From Phoronis australis (taxonomy: Eukaryota; Animalia; Phoronida), in the NCBI GenBank assembly GCA_002633005.1, contig NMRA01000123.1:845512-909511 (forward strand): a stretch of 64,000 nt of DNA, in the 5' to 3' direction. Below the pieces are notes generated by a model that made no database searches, was not told the origin of the DNA, and saw only the letters and a list, made by a program, of their open reading frames with translations. A program made the position numbers and the translations under genes. How positions within the stretch are numbered: position 1 is the stretch's first letter; the number at the start of each line of letters is the position of its first letter. This document shows, in pieces, positions 25,673 to 40,600 of the stretch.

Positions 25673-28600
25673 GACTGCTACAATGTCATACACTGGGAAC
25701 ACCCAGAAGGTCTTAGATCTCAGAGAACAACACTTACTCAGTGTAATCCCCTTCCACTCTCACTTTAAATTGAGTGGGGTTGTTGTCAGGACCTATGGTG
25801 AACACACGCTTCTTCAAATGACCAATCAACTTCAACCAAGATTCAGAAAGAGGCTTTTGACCCAGAACACCGACAATCTCAACACTGATGGTATTCTGGA
25901 AGATTAAAGTTGCTTTAATGACATTTATTTAACAGAATCTGATACAATAACGTAATTCATCCATTATTGAATACTTTGACTTAACGCTCATTCCCTGATA
26001 TTTGAGTTGCTTAATGTGGAGGGCATCAAGAGATTTGTACAAGAACCACTGACATCATCAATGCTCCTTATCACAAACACTGATCTAAGTTCTTTTTGTG
26101 TGGAGCAGGGAAATTACTATAATAGTGATGACTTTAAACCAATAAAATTCTGGCTCACCTCACTTCAAATGTAGCAAAACTAGTCATTTCAAGCCAAAAC
26201 GATACGACTGGATTTGATTTGCTGACCAATACCCCATAAAGGCGGATATCAGTTTATCTTAATGCATTCATCCTCAGAGAGCCACTATGCAATAAAAAAG
26301 ACTGAGAGAACAACACCCTATGGAACAATTGATATTTGAATTTCAAACTGCAGTTGTCTGAGGTTGAAACTAACGAAACATTTTATTTTATAATGATCTG
26401 GACAATAAAAGTGGATGCACTAAATGTCTGCCCTCAATGTACATCTCAATTCCTACCTTCACCAAAGTGATGCTGTCAACTGCCTTAACATCAAGGTCAG
26501 CCAAACCAGCTAAGTCTACTGCCACACTGTGCTCGATCTGATCAACCACTTGGGGTGAAAGGTCAGAGGTCAGACATGGCAATACCAAGGTAATATTTGA
26601 TACTCTACAAAAACAAATTTTACTCTTATTACATATTGAAAATTGCACACAAGTGTTTTTGTAACAGGCAGAATGCAGGGCAAATCATTGCAACAATTAA
26701 TGGTGAAATACCAAAATTTGATAATTTTCATGAACCTAAATATTCAAATACTATGGCTATGTTACACTGGGGCTCGTGATCACCTGACTAACCCAAAGAT
26801 CTGACAATTTCATTGTTAATTTGCTAGGGCAGCAAAAAGCCTAACAACACAATGCCCATGCATAACTGAGTCAACTTTACCCATGACCTTAAAGCAACCT
26901 AAAATACTACGTAATTCTAGGCAAAAAAATTTCATTAAAAATTTAAAAAGCAGTCACTAGTTTCAAATAAAGAATTTGAACAAAAAACAAACACTAAAAA
27001 CTGCAGGATATTTTTAGCAGCTTGCAAACAATTTTGGTTTCAAGTATTATATATATTTAAAGAGTTTGACCAATTTCAAGAGCTAACTACTTACTATATG
27101 CGCACATGATAGTCCACTTCAAACACAGACACAGGTACAGAGCAGTTCCAAAGAGACTGTATGCCATGAACTCATTCAAAGCCATTCAACATTTGAAACA
27201 GACAACACACTGAAGTACTCACCTCTCCTGCAGCAGACAATCATTTCCACAGTAGGGCACCTTGTCCAGCAAGCACCACTGACAGTCGTGTTCTCGCTCA
27301 CAAGAAGGCGCTGTTGTCCTAAAATTATCACAATGTTAAATTGGCTTTGAGTGCTTAGCAGGTGCTCTATCAGAAAAACAACCCACAATCCACACAGTTT
27401 GGTGCCAACAGGGCTGTGGTCCCTGGACGCAAGACAGGCAGGTGAGTACAAATAATCAATTAATCAATTTTCACCAAATCTATTGTTCAATTATAGAAAC
27501 TTATCCAGGGTTAGTCCAGTAAAACTTTTTCCATGCACCAGTATATGACAGAACAGAAAAACTTGTCCAATTTTGCAAGAACAGATTGAAAAACTTGACT
27601 TATGTCTTATTTTGCAGGGTCCCCATAGAAAGCAGTGTGAACTGATGGGGCTATCCTCATTGTAAATATTACATTAATAAATAAATAAATAATAAATAAA
27701 GAAATAAATAAAAAAAAACAAAAAACTTGTTTAACATTGCAAGTTCAGAAAAACTTGTCCAATTTTGCAGTAAAAATGAGTAAAAAATGGACATTTCACT
27801 ACAAAATCAGTCTGTACTCTACATAACACCTGCCACCACAACAGTTCAGCACTGAATAATGCAAAATGGGAGTGAAAGATAGAAAAATCATGACTTTCAA
27901 TTGGTACAATAAATATTTTTGTTCGAATTAAAAAAAAATTACCACAAATAAAATGTTCCCAATTTTCGAATGAGAAATGTTACACAGAATTTCAGTTGGT
28001 TGTCATATTATAAGTTATTAGGAGATACCACCAACATGTGTGTGAGAAGGATTTTTTAATTTAAAAAATACACAGTTTATTATAAATTAAAGTGTTATTT
28101 TAAAAGATGATTTTCTTTCAGCGATGAACTGCATCAAACTTCAAATGTTGGCCATCACTAAACATACCTTTGAGTACACCGGCTGGGGCACAGGTCTCTG
28201 AAACCTCCCTCGATGACACTAGATGTCGCCCCAATATAGTCAGACGGATCTGCCCACAGCTTTGCGACCTCATGCAGGAGGTCAACTTTGGAGTCGGGTC
28301 GTTTTGATATCACGTAACTTACGCGATTCTGTACAAAAGAAAGCAGGCTTCAAGCTAATAAAACCATTATCTAGCGCTTTGACTTAAACATTTAAGCAAG
28401 CCAAACATTAAACTGAGATTTCGTGTACAAAATAATAGCCACAATTCATTTCTGGATAATTTTTCAGCGGCATAAGCATACGTACCTTTCACGTCTTAAA
28501 ATTGGTGGGCATGGCAGAAAATTCCAAGTCAAATAAACAATAATCTTTCCATATGATTACCAGGGGTGGACACCGATTCCATCTTTCATAAGATTATCAG

Positions 28601-31600
28601 GGGGGGATGAAGCCACCCCTGGTTGTGCCCCTAAGTTCCAACTATCACTGATGACCCTTTGAAATCGGGTCAAGACTAGCAGACCTAAGGTACATAAATC
28701 CAAGGACCATCTACTCTAAGCTCTGAACAAGAGCTGAAAATGCTCCACTCAGTGACCAAACTCCAGCACAATTACAGACAAGAGTCCTCACAAAGACTTA
28801 GTGGCATATTTGGTTCTCATAGCTGGAACTTACATACCCAGCTACGGCACTGATTACACACCTTAAGTACCAAAGAAACGAAATGAGATCCGACCCAAAT
28901 TAATTTATATCCAAAATCAAAAAATCTAATCATCCAAGTGATCACCTCTACAATCCACAGATTACCATACGTCAGACCAGTGTTTAGTTTTGCAGCCACC
29001 AGTTGCTTCAGCTTATGGTCCAAATTCAGACGGACGTCAAGAGATGTGGCAAGCTCTTTATTAAAATCCCGATCGCTGAACAAACTAGTGACTTTCACAC
29101 TGAAAGAAAAAAAATGAAATGTTAAATGGAGGTTAGTTCCTTCCCCAGCTAGATGAACCTAATCACCTGACATCATTAAACAATAATGCGAATGTTAAGT
29201 ATTTCGTACATATGTGTGGATTGATTCATACAATTTGCGAGAAATTGATCTTGTTGGTTTATAATAAAGTTTTGCACTCAAAATGAAGATATACCAATAT
29301 CAAGTCACTTCATATCCTTCTGGGGTCCAGTTTCCTTATAACAAATCTTTTGGGACGTTAGCTAAATAGAATGATCCATCCATTACTCTTAAAGGGGCAA
29401 CAACCATCGACAGACAGGCCAGTGCCGCCCTTGTATTTACTCATCTGCTACTGACAGTTACAAAGTCATTCTTTCTTTGAGGGTAGAGTGTGCTTTAGTC
29501 CCACAGTCTCAGCATGGTACAGCATCAAACCGTTGCATTATCATTGTGAAACAGCGCCCCCTATATTTCTCATAATCTTCTGCATTTATTCCACAGTTAT
29601 GCCACATGTCATTCAGTCAGCCACCTCACCTAGTGAAGTCAGTTGATTGTCGAGCAACATAGCGCGTTGGGTCGAGGCGAGGACCAATGCTCAACTGACC
29701 AGAAGAGATGAGATGTTGAAGTGCCCTAGACAAGTCTTGCAGAGATTTACCATTCATTGATGTTTGGAGGTCAAAGGTTATGATGCTCTGAAAACAAGAC
29801 AAGTAATCAGTAATTTTGAACAAAAATAAGCACCAAAGCTATCTATTTTGTGACTGATCACCAGTTTACCACATTGCAACAAGCAATCAAATAAGATAAT
29901 TAAAAGTACAGTTAATGTATCGGAGCTGTGTAGTGATATCCACGCTATTAACTGATGTGGAATCTTCTTCAGTTAATGTTTATTTTGTTTGAGGAAATGT
30001 GCTAAGCCAAGTTTGGGACAAGCAATCGGACAAACTCACTCCATTTCTAGCCAAATTGCTTATGGTGGCAGGTGACACTGATAGCGCCAGCGACACCTTT
30101 TGGTGAAAACTGTCAAGAATTTCACTCTCTTCTCCACTAGGCAGATGCTCCATGCATGGGAAGAAGGCTGATGCATGTAATCTGTAAAGCAGGAATACAG
30201 GATTAATAGCCACACTTTGCAGAGTTGTGGTTAAATTGTAGATACTGCAGTCTGCAGGGCAGTACATTTGTTTCAAATATTTAGCAGCCAAGTATTCATG
30301 TTGTCACATTTATGCCGCTAAACACTACATATTACGATACTAAGTATTCCGTGCAGGGGCACAAACCTTGTTCACAACCTTGAATTACTAATTGTCTTAA
30401 TCCCACATTCACATATGCACACAATTACCGCACTTGCATGACTGTATTGTTTACATAATTCTCAAATTGTCTCAAATATAGGAAACAGTATATAGATCAC
30501 CCCTGAGTTAAAGATGTATAACTTTAGGTACATGCAATGCAAATTAGCGACGTCGTGTTATGTATTCTAAGTGATACCAACCTTTCTGGGAGAGTACAGT
30601 TTTGGCCACAGTGAGGCTCCCCATCGAAAATGCACCAATCACAACCCACAGACAGATGACAACTGACTTCTTCTGAGCTGAAGGGAGAAAAGAAGCTAAT
30701 TTCCCAAAAATTATACCAGTTACACAAGATTAACCAGAACCAGAATTAAATACTGAACTTTCAAAAGTAATTTTTTAATTGATGGTGGTGCACCAACAAA
30801 ATGGCTGCCAAAGTTGAACAGGATTGACAGTCACTTTCAATGCATTGCCAGTAAAAACAAAACATGAAATTTACGAAATTTTCCTTATGTTAGTAACATC
30901 TCTCGAGAGATGAAATTCCTTGTGGTTAGTGCTTATTACCACACAAAAGCAGAATGGACATTTTCTTGCAATGAAAACACAACAAACTAGATTGATGCAG
31001 CTAGATTGGTTTTAGTAAAGTACAAGATTCAGCCACTTGGAATTACAAGACAGTTAGAAATATTGTAGTTTGAAAAGAAGATGATTGTTATGACAAAACT
31101 TCAATTAACAATACAATGTGGCATATAAGACAATGAAGGCTAGTGAGATTTTGGCGCAGTTATTGCGACAAAAGAGTACTTCACAATGATTAATACTAAT
31201 CACCTGCCATCAAACAATGAGCAGCATTTGCAGTAGTGGTAAAAGTCTTCCATAAATGGAAAATTGCAATAATTGTTAAACATTAAGCAGTCTTTAGACA
31301 ACAGGGATCTGAGTTACAGTTTGGCTTACTTGACCTCAGATCTGTTTAACTTGTGCTAAAAGTGTTATGTGCAGGTCTTTCATTTTTGTTGTACCTTGAT
31401 GAACACAGAGTTGGACACAGTTCATAGAATGTGCCACTGATCTCTATAGAAGACGGGGCCCTGCTCACTCCCTCAATGGAGAATTGGACTTTACCAGTCT
31501 TCAATTTGTTAGCCAGTTTGGCGGCTTCTTCCATTAAGTTCACAGGGGAATTGGGTTCCTTCTTAATAGTGAAAGGAATGTTGTCCTAAATCAGAAAAAT

Positions 31601-34600
31601 AGTAAATGCGTAAAAGTTACGAAACGCACCATTACCTGCCCCCAGGCAATGCTCAAAGAACTCCAAACTAACCACATATTGTGTACGGCTTGAACCGACA
31701 TTGCAAGTTTTGTGGCAAAAATCGTGCTGATCATTTAACCAAATTTTACAAATAAAATAAAACATAAGCTACATAAGCTTATTTTCCACCAGTTACGAGA
31801 TGAAACGAATCCATGTGATGTCATAAAAAACACCATACTTTAAACTAACTAGATAGAATGAATACCAGATCTATTTACAGACACATCATCAAAGCAAAGA
31901 GTCCTGTACTTGAAGGCTGAATGTTAGCATCATCCCGTTAAGAATCAAAACGTGATGTAAGCAAGCTTAAAATAAGCCTAATGTAAATTGATAAGATGAT
32001 TAAATGGCAATGAAAGTTAACTGGTTTGCAATGGCTTCAATTTGAGGTTGTGTAGGATCTTATCGATAAGATTGGGTTTAGCTAAGTGAAAGCAAAAATT
32101 ACAACACAGTATAAGTAATTCTTTTGTGAAAGTAGAAAGTCTGCAGTGTTTGATTTTTGACTTTTTACCAATCTGATGTTGATGCAGTTTTCTAAATCAT
32201 CTTTTTGTTTTCATTATATAAAACTTATTATTCACGAATACCATAAAAGTCCCAATTTTTTGATAGGTCCTCATGCAAAAGTGGAACATTTTTTAAACAA
32301 TTCCCAACTACGTTTTATAAAATAGATGATAACGCATAGTATGTGAAAGTTTTTTCATATGAATCCAATCAGACGTCTCTGAGATATGATGTTTCAAAGT
32401 TGTACTTATACATAGGTGGCGCACTACAGGGGGTTGGGGGGGGCTACATTAGCCCCAACTTTTTCAGTGTTGCGCTGCCCATGCAATATATGGACGTGAC
32501 CTTAACTGTTGTAACTACACAACATTACCTGTCAAAGCTAATATTTAACAGAAACCAGCTTTCAGTAGACTTTAAGGACAAAAAAATGTCGCAAAATACA
32601 GTGTATTTCGTTTTCAAAAATAAAACACAATAAAACACGTTCACTCAACTCTATGGCATGTGTAAAAGGGCAAAATTATCACACTCGAAACCGTACTACA
32701 GTCACAACCAAACCATATGAATGTCTGATTCTGATGATACCTTTCCAATCCACACATTAGCCACAGTCTCTGATACAGCACTGGTGAATGTTTCATGTCC
32801 CAGTTTCTTAAGCTGATGCTCCAAGTTGTTTCGCGCTGTAAGCGGGTGACGCCTTGAAGTTTCGATCAAATCCACACCATCAAAGTTCAGCTGAATGCGA
32901 ACACTGAAGGGAATTCAGACACAAGAAAAGGGATAAGCAATATTCAGCATTTTCAGGGAATATTTATTATTTTATCATTAATTAAAAAATATCGCACCAT
33001 TTCTTCAAAGTAGATTTAAATTGAAATATTAATCGCGTAAGACTACGAAGCAAAGAAACAACCAAAGGGACACTAAATTATTGAAACTAAAATGCATGAT
33101 AGCACTATAAATACAAAATTGAAGGAAATGAAAACATTTACGAAACACAAACCTACTGTATTAAGTGCAGGCTAAAACAAACACAGATGAATGCGTTTCA
33201 AAGATAACAGTGGACTGACACCTTAAACACCAAAACCAAATATCTTTATACATTTTAATATTACTCCCACAACACAAATTATGAGTAACACACACTGTTT
33301 ACAGCCAGATATTATAATACTCACTTAGTGAAGTCCTTACTGTCTCTGCTGATGTACTTGGATGGGCTGCTGTTTGGGCCCACATTGAATGGAATATCCA
33401 AGATGGCACTGTTGACAGCTTTATTTATCTCACTGAGAGAAGAGCTCAGAACTGAAGGTTGCACAACAAATGAAATGGTGCCGCCCTAGAACAGGTGTTG
33501 TGAATTCTAGCAATAAACAGAGCATGGCAAACTATTGACAACAAAAGGTATCTCAATAATTATACATAGTGATCATCAAACTTCACTAATCTTGATTCAC
33601 ACATAAAAGTATGAGCCCCAAAGTGAATTCCATCTAATAATCCCAAAAATGCATTTTCGGCAATAGAATTGCCAAACGTCCTTCTAACAACAAATTTGGG
33701 TCCAAACAGAATCAAACTTTCTTAAAAACAAGATCCCTAAAAACATCTGTTGTTCAGTAACTCACCGGTAAAAGTTCAACAGAATGAACATTCTTTTCAG
33801 TTACATCGGGCAGGCGACCCAACAAATTAGCTTTGAAAATGTCCTGAATTTCTTGCTTTTCAGCACCAAGAAGGACATTAACATCTAAGCAGGGGAAGAA
33901 CATCTGGTGGTTGGATCTGAAAATTCATTATACGCTTTATTTGATATACATGTTACAATGTTCTAAAATGTCATTTTGTTTTAGTTGCAGATTGGATTTT
34001 AGTTATTCGATAATTTCGAAACGTGAACAAAACTCCTATTGGAAGTTTCTCACCTTTCTTGTAGCAAGGTGTTATTACTGCAATGGGGCGGGGCAGACAG
34101 TCTGTCCCAAGAACAACCAATGATCTGTGAGCATGTGGTTTGATTCAGTCTGGAATTAAAAACATTAACACAAAATGAAAGGTCCAAACTCAATAATATT
34201 TTAATCACTACAGGAAAAACTCCACGAAAATGTGTAATAACAAACAGAATAGAGGAAAAAATCTTGATGCAGCCATTGTGTGCGCTTAAGTGCAGTGAAA
34301 TTAAAAGCACTGTCAGTGGTTACTTCTATTTCGACGTACAAACCAAAACCTTTTGTTCTTGTATAGAACAAGAGGTTCTCTCATCATCAATGAGATGACA
34401 AAGGAGAATTTGTGACTATCAGGGTGGAACAGAAACAGTACGTGGGTCACTGTGTTTTCACACAAACTCTAATTGACAAAATAAGACACAACACATGGCT
34501 CCAGGTTATTTTACCTCAACATCAACTTCCTTTCTTAAACTGCAAACATGAAGTGTCCACGACACAAACTCCAGATCTTACGCACGTGTCATGGAACCTA

Positions 34601-37600
34601 CAGATTTGTGCACTAAGGCAAATATCTAACAGCTATTAATAGAATTTATCCAAGTGATGATGGGAAAGTAAATAGTAAATTTTTTTTTACATGTCTGTAG
34701 AATTTGCTTTTCAAATTTGGTTTTCACAAATCGTAGCCCCAAATTTGTCTACTAAGATACACTCAAATCAACACAATGTAATCAATATCATAATTGACCA
34801 AATTTCCTTTGATATAAATGTTCCAAAGTGAAATCACCACTATATTCTAAATTATCCTCGTCATTTGTTTTAAGAGAATTTCAAGTCTTGAGTTTGTGAA
34901 GACTTTACATGAGACCAGGCTCCTTGCGTTGGCCTGACACAGCTGGTGGTTATATACGTCCACTGAGGTCCTGAGCTATTTACAAACTATCAGTTCTTCA
35001 CATTAGTCCAGGAAATCTCTTCTAGTCTGGTCTGAGAAGGGACCGAATCAAAAGTTTTGTTTTTTAACAGAAGGCCAATTTATAGCAACTTTCGAAACGT
35101 GTCGTCTCATACCCTTGTTCACAAGGCATCGGACAATGTTGCTGGAAGGACCCATGATAGTCAAGTGCCGTGGCAACAAAAGTGTCACCCGCGGCAACAT
35201 CAAGCTGCCTGTTCAGGACGGCCTTGTGTAGGAGGTCTAGTAAGTCTAGCAGCCTGTAGGTGTCATCGATGTCTTTGTGAATGCTGAAGGATAGAGTGTC
35301 CTGCAAAAACAGAAAATTTTGAGGGCTACAAATCTAAAGATGAGTTTAGTAAGTTTTAAAAGAGGGTGATCCTTTAAAGAAGAATGCATTTAGAATGAAA
35401 CGTCATGAATAATAAAGCTGCCATGCTAGCATTATGATGATTTACGCATTATTCAAAATTCCGACCAGTGCTGCAGTGGTGAAATTAGAGATAAGTAGGC
35501 GCTTAAAGCCCATTGTATCACCTTGAGCACTGAACGTAACTTACGGTGCGTAGGCGCTACGTTCAAATGCCAAAAGGTGGTTGGCTGCGCCTACGTGCGC
35601 CTATGCAATACTACAACACTGATTCAGACAAATTTGAAGTTGCTTTTACTCAAAACAACACAAAGGAACGAATCACATTAATAATTATGATGATTGTAAA
35701 CCAATAACCTGTAGCTAAAACCAACATTTAATCCAGATACTTAGTATTGTAATAAAAATGGTACACTTGCAGTTCATTTCACTGTCAACAACTGAAACCA
35801 ATGGCTCTGATCATCAAACACTTCACTCACGACAAGAATTGTATGATGGCACTTGACTTACCTCAAAATACAACTGCTGCCTGGTGGTTTGGTAATTAGC
35901 CTAATTATGTAACACACCCAGCAGAATTAATGAGGAGCACAGTAGGGCACGATTAAAAAGAAGTTTTATGCTGTGAAAGTCAGATTACTTGCCTGATTTT
36001 CAAACTCAAAAACTTAATCACATGCACTTTTCAAAACCTACTTAAATGCGCTGTTTATAAGCTTTCAAAACAGCGTGTTTATGATGAGTCTTATTAACCT
36101 AGAGAACAATATCATCAGCACCCTCGGTCAATATTGAGAGACAAACTTTTTTTAAAACTAGATGGCACATTTAGCAAAAACCTCCTCTCACACAAGGTCA
36201 AGTAATTCATACAATATTACAGTGGAATATTAATTACAACACCATGGTGTCTTTGATCAGGGTCGACAACTAAATTTTGAAGTACGCCAACCGGTCAAGT
36301 AGCCCAATCTTGACCGGTGAGGGTGTCAACATAGGGTTCTTTGCAAGGCTAACAAACACACAGTCCATATGACTGTTAAGCTTAAGCAGGAAAGTGATTT
36401 CCTTTGACATTCTAATCTCAAATTTCATAGGACAAAAAGCACAACATTGTAACTTCCATCTTCAACGACACTGGCTTTTTTGTGCATGCCAATGTTTTGG
36501 TAATTTGCCGATGTAACAGCAGCGAAGATTTAAAACACCAAAAAAACCTTTGTGCTTTGAATTTCCATTCAAATCACAGAGTAAACTCTGTAACTTAGAG
36601 TCCTGAGCAAATGTCCACCAAGAAATTCTATCACTATTGATGACATAGCTTGTTTGAAAGGATTTATCCTATACCTACCAATTCAAGTCCTCTGCAATTA
36701 AACTTAGTCATTACCTTTTGTATGATAATATTTCCAACAGTAGCAAACACATTATGAGGCAGTACAATCTTCAACTTGGCCATCAGACTAGCTTCAATCT
36801 GCTGACGTTTGGCAACATTTGCAGTCTCCGTTAACACCTTATCAAAGTCCACTCCTTTGTAGAGCAAGTTGAACTTCATGCTAAAAAATTGACAAGCAGA
36901 ATGTTTAATTTGCTACTGACATTTATAACATAATATCCACCCTATCAACCCACGCACTTGTACCTGGGAAGTTCCAAAAACGAGGGGGCAGGGTGGGTTT
37001 ATATACCATGGAGAGGTGGGATTGTATAGTACGTGAGTCTAGATTGAATATTCATGTAAAGCCCAAGGGCTTGACATTTGACATATGTCTGTGATGAACA
37101 TGCAGCGCCAGGATACTTTCTGAGCTATTTTGTACTAAGTGGCTTAGAGTCAGAGCAGATTAGCAGCAAGAGAAGAGGTTGATTTGATGGGAACTGGGTG
37201 GTAAGAGCAAGTGGCAGAATACATTAGTGACACATTCACATATTCAAGTTTCACTAATGTGATAATTCAAGTCACTACACAATAGAGGGCAGGACATATC
37301 AACAAAGGAGCAGCAGCTACATTACACACTATTTCTGCTTTCTTCCATGGAAGCTAACCAATTTTCTGTTCTGACAATAGACAATTTTCAATGACCAATC
37401 AAGTTTTTATGGTGCACAGTGCGTAAAATGTGTAGGGGGGGGGATGTTGCCATGAACAAGCAGTGGTTATCACTGATACCCATCTCTGTTACCTAATCCT
37501 GAAACAAAGCCAGTCATCAAAGTCCAGGCACTGTGGTAAGTGGCTATTATAATCCCAACAGGAAAGAATTCATAGCTGCCAGTTGGGAATGTGATGTAGG

Positions 37601-40600
37601 GCATGATACAAGATTAAGTGAGCTTGTAGGCAAAACTGAGGGATGGGCAATTCACAGGAGAGCTTGGAAGACAACGACTTCCTGCTTGTAACTTTATGGT
37701 TCTCACTTGTAATGTTTTCATTTTCAGACTTTTCCCATATACAATAAAATCTCACATTTGGACGAAAACAATTGTCAAATTATTTAATTTTTATTCACTT
37801 TTTAAAGGCTTCCAACAGTCTTGTGAATGCCCAAAATTTCTCAAAGTCTGTTTGATGGTAGCTATGGTACATAGCTTAAAATGGTAAAGCATTCATAAGA
37901 AAGTTTTATGCAACCAACTGAAAAAAAACAAATAAAATTTCATGTGTTGGCCTTATTGTTTCAGTTTGGTGAGATTCCCCGTTATTTTCATATTACATGA
38001 ACTTGTTCTAACACAAAATTTAAAAAAGAGCAATTTTTTTAGTAATGACTCTAGCATAAGTTAAGTGAACGGATGAAATTAGGTTTTTCCATGAGTTTTC
38101 CCCCCGAGTTTTTATTATCTGCAATTTCCCATTAAGATTTGCACGGTTTTCGATGAAAAATGAAAGTCCTGCAATGCAAGTATGCAAATTTAAATATGCT
38201 ATTACTCTGCTTTGCATACAACAAAAACTTAGGCTAGTTTGTAGTCTTAAGAAATTATGGTGAGAATGAAGGTGAAAGCTACACTGGAATGCAAACAACG
38301 CAGATGTTGCAAAAAGTTCAAAGTTGACAGAGCGAGACAAAATTGTACGTACTCTGTAAAATCCAGTTCTTGCCTGCTTCTGTACTTGTCTGGGTGGGTC
38401 GCCGTGCCAACAGTGAAGACGTTATTCCAATCTAACATTGCAGCTAGTCTCCTTGACAACTTCGATAAGGGCGGGTCTTTCATGGCTCCTTGCAGTGTGA
38501 ATGACAACTGATTTTTGGTACCCTTAAAAACGACAAAACCAGTTTAACATTAATCATACCAGTGCTAAGCACGTCTTCCTCGCATTTGCTTATCACACAA
38601 TCAAGTGATGGCCAAGCACTGGAAACAAGAGAAGGAACAGAAACTTTACTCAATAAATTTCGAATGGGATTTCATCAAAGTTTCACTTAGAAAAAAAGCT
38701 GAAAATTTTGGCCGTGAACCCAGGTACGATTCCAGGACAACAACCATTGCCGACACTGGATTCAGGCATAACATTCTCAGTTGGATAGCCTCCTAACACC
38801 ACACATCACTTACACGACCGTGTACAAAATATTCAAATCAAATCCTTGACAAATGCCCAATACCATTTTTGCAGCTTCCCAAATACACGCCCTATAGGAT
38901 TGTGACCAGAACAGATGATTACTGTCATTATTATGGGGATTAATTTAACAAAATGAAATTCCCTTTTCTGTCATATTGTGTCCTAAGCTGAAGCATTCCA
39001 CAGTAATTCCAAGAAAACAATAATTTCAATTTATCATTCCAAGAGTCTTACCTCCACAAATGACCATGAGTGAAGAGCCTTCCTGGAGATGTTTGGCAAG
39101 AGCGAGTGTATCTTTAAACTAAGAGATTGAAGAAGATGGCTTCTCTGTTGGGGGTCCAACTCGGTGAAGTCAGCACACGGGAAGAACACATTCACAGGAG
39201 TGCTGAAAATTTTAGCAAAACTATGAGAAAACAGTGGCAGAACCTGTTTTTTGTAATAATTCATACAATATCATTGTGTTGCTCCCACAGGTTACACTTT
39301 AGCAACCAATTCTCTGTGTGCATGCCAAACTATGACAAAGTATCACGGAGGTTATCACCACAAACATCATTAGCAAATCACTGATCATATAGAATTAAAA
39401 ATCGTCAGATTACAAAATTTGTGCAACATATTGAGTAAAGATGAATACCGGGGTCCGAATGCTGCTAGTCGAAAGCACAAAAATAGCCATTGGTCTTACT
39501 CTGGCAACACAACCTGAAACAAAAGTTTCACCGAAATCCACAAGAAGAAATAAGTAATAAGTTATGGCCGCCAAGGAGTGCAGTTACCAGTCGCAGTAAA
39601 CCACTGTGCAGTCTGAAATCAGTTAACTGTCAAAATCCACATAGTAGTCAACATCAATCGAAATAACAGGATTTAAAATGAGAAGTTGTTGGCAACCAAG
39701 AGACACTTCTAAGTTGGAATTATACATTATCTTTCTAAAACTTGCCAATGCCATCGATGTCACATCGAAGTAAAATTTCTGCAAAAAAAATATTGAGCAT
39801 GAGCTATGCATACATAACTAGCCAATGAGACGATTACACTCTGCGGGGAACGACATTCGGGTACACTGTCAATTGACTGGTCATACAACTTTATTACTTC
39901 AGCCAAGTTGTTTTCAATTGTAAAACCACAACTTCTGTACTTTTAATCGGAGGTCACTTTTGATATTTAAATCGAATTTGTGCAGAAAAATACAAATTGT
40001 TCTAAAACCCCATTCGACCCCACATCCCGCGACCCCTCGACCCACAACCCCCTCGACCCAGTCTAAACAAGCTCGACTCGATCTGAACATAAAACATGCA
40101 CCGACTTGCAGAATCCATGAGTTGGGCTGTGAGCTCAGCTGGCTTTTCCTTGTTCTTTTGCAATTAAGAGAGTCGATTCTGCAAGTTTGAAAGCCAAAAA
40201 ACAGAAAATAAACAATGTGACCAAATCAAATCAGAGACCTACCAATGTTACAAATGTCATTCCCCGCAGAGTATAATCGTCTCATCTGCTCTTCAGTGAA
40301 TAGCAGATTCAACCTTTTTTTTTCGGAGAGTGCCAGGAACCGACAAAACTGTAATTCCATCAGTAAATAAAGTTTGAAAAAATAAACTGTTAAATAAAAA
40401 GTATTTCAACGTTATATGGGAGTATATTGTAAACAAGTATACAACAGAAAGAAAATATTAAAAATAAAAATGTGAAATTATGTACATTCCCTTTAACGCA
40501 CTCTTCACCTAAGTTCAGTAGAACAGGACCATTGGTAGCCGCTCACGGAACTAGCGTGACAATGATAGCGCCCTCACAATGCGCTATTTCAGATCACGTT

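Noticed and set aside
25568-25768. Poly-Asn ORF
   Set aside because: Translation of the (AAT)n microsatellite.
39500-39513. Possible 14-nt minus-strand micro-exon (cag|GTTGTGTTGCCAGA|gtaag)
   Set aside because: It would shift the frame between exons 53955-54050 and 39052-39202, which already join in phase as in all other modules.
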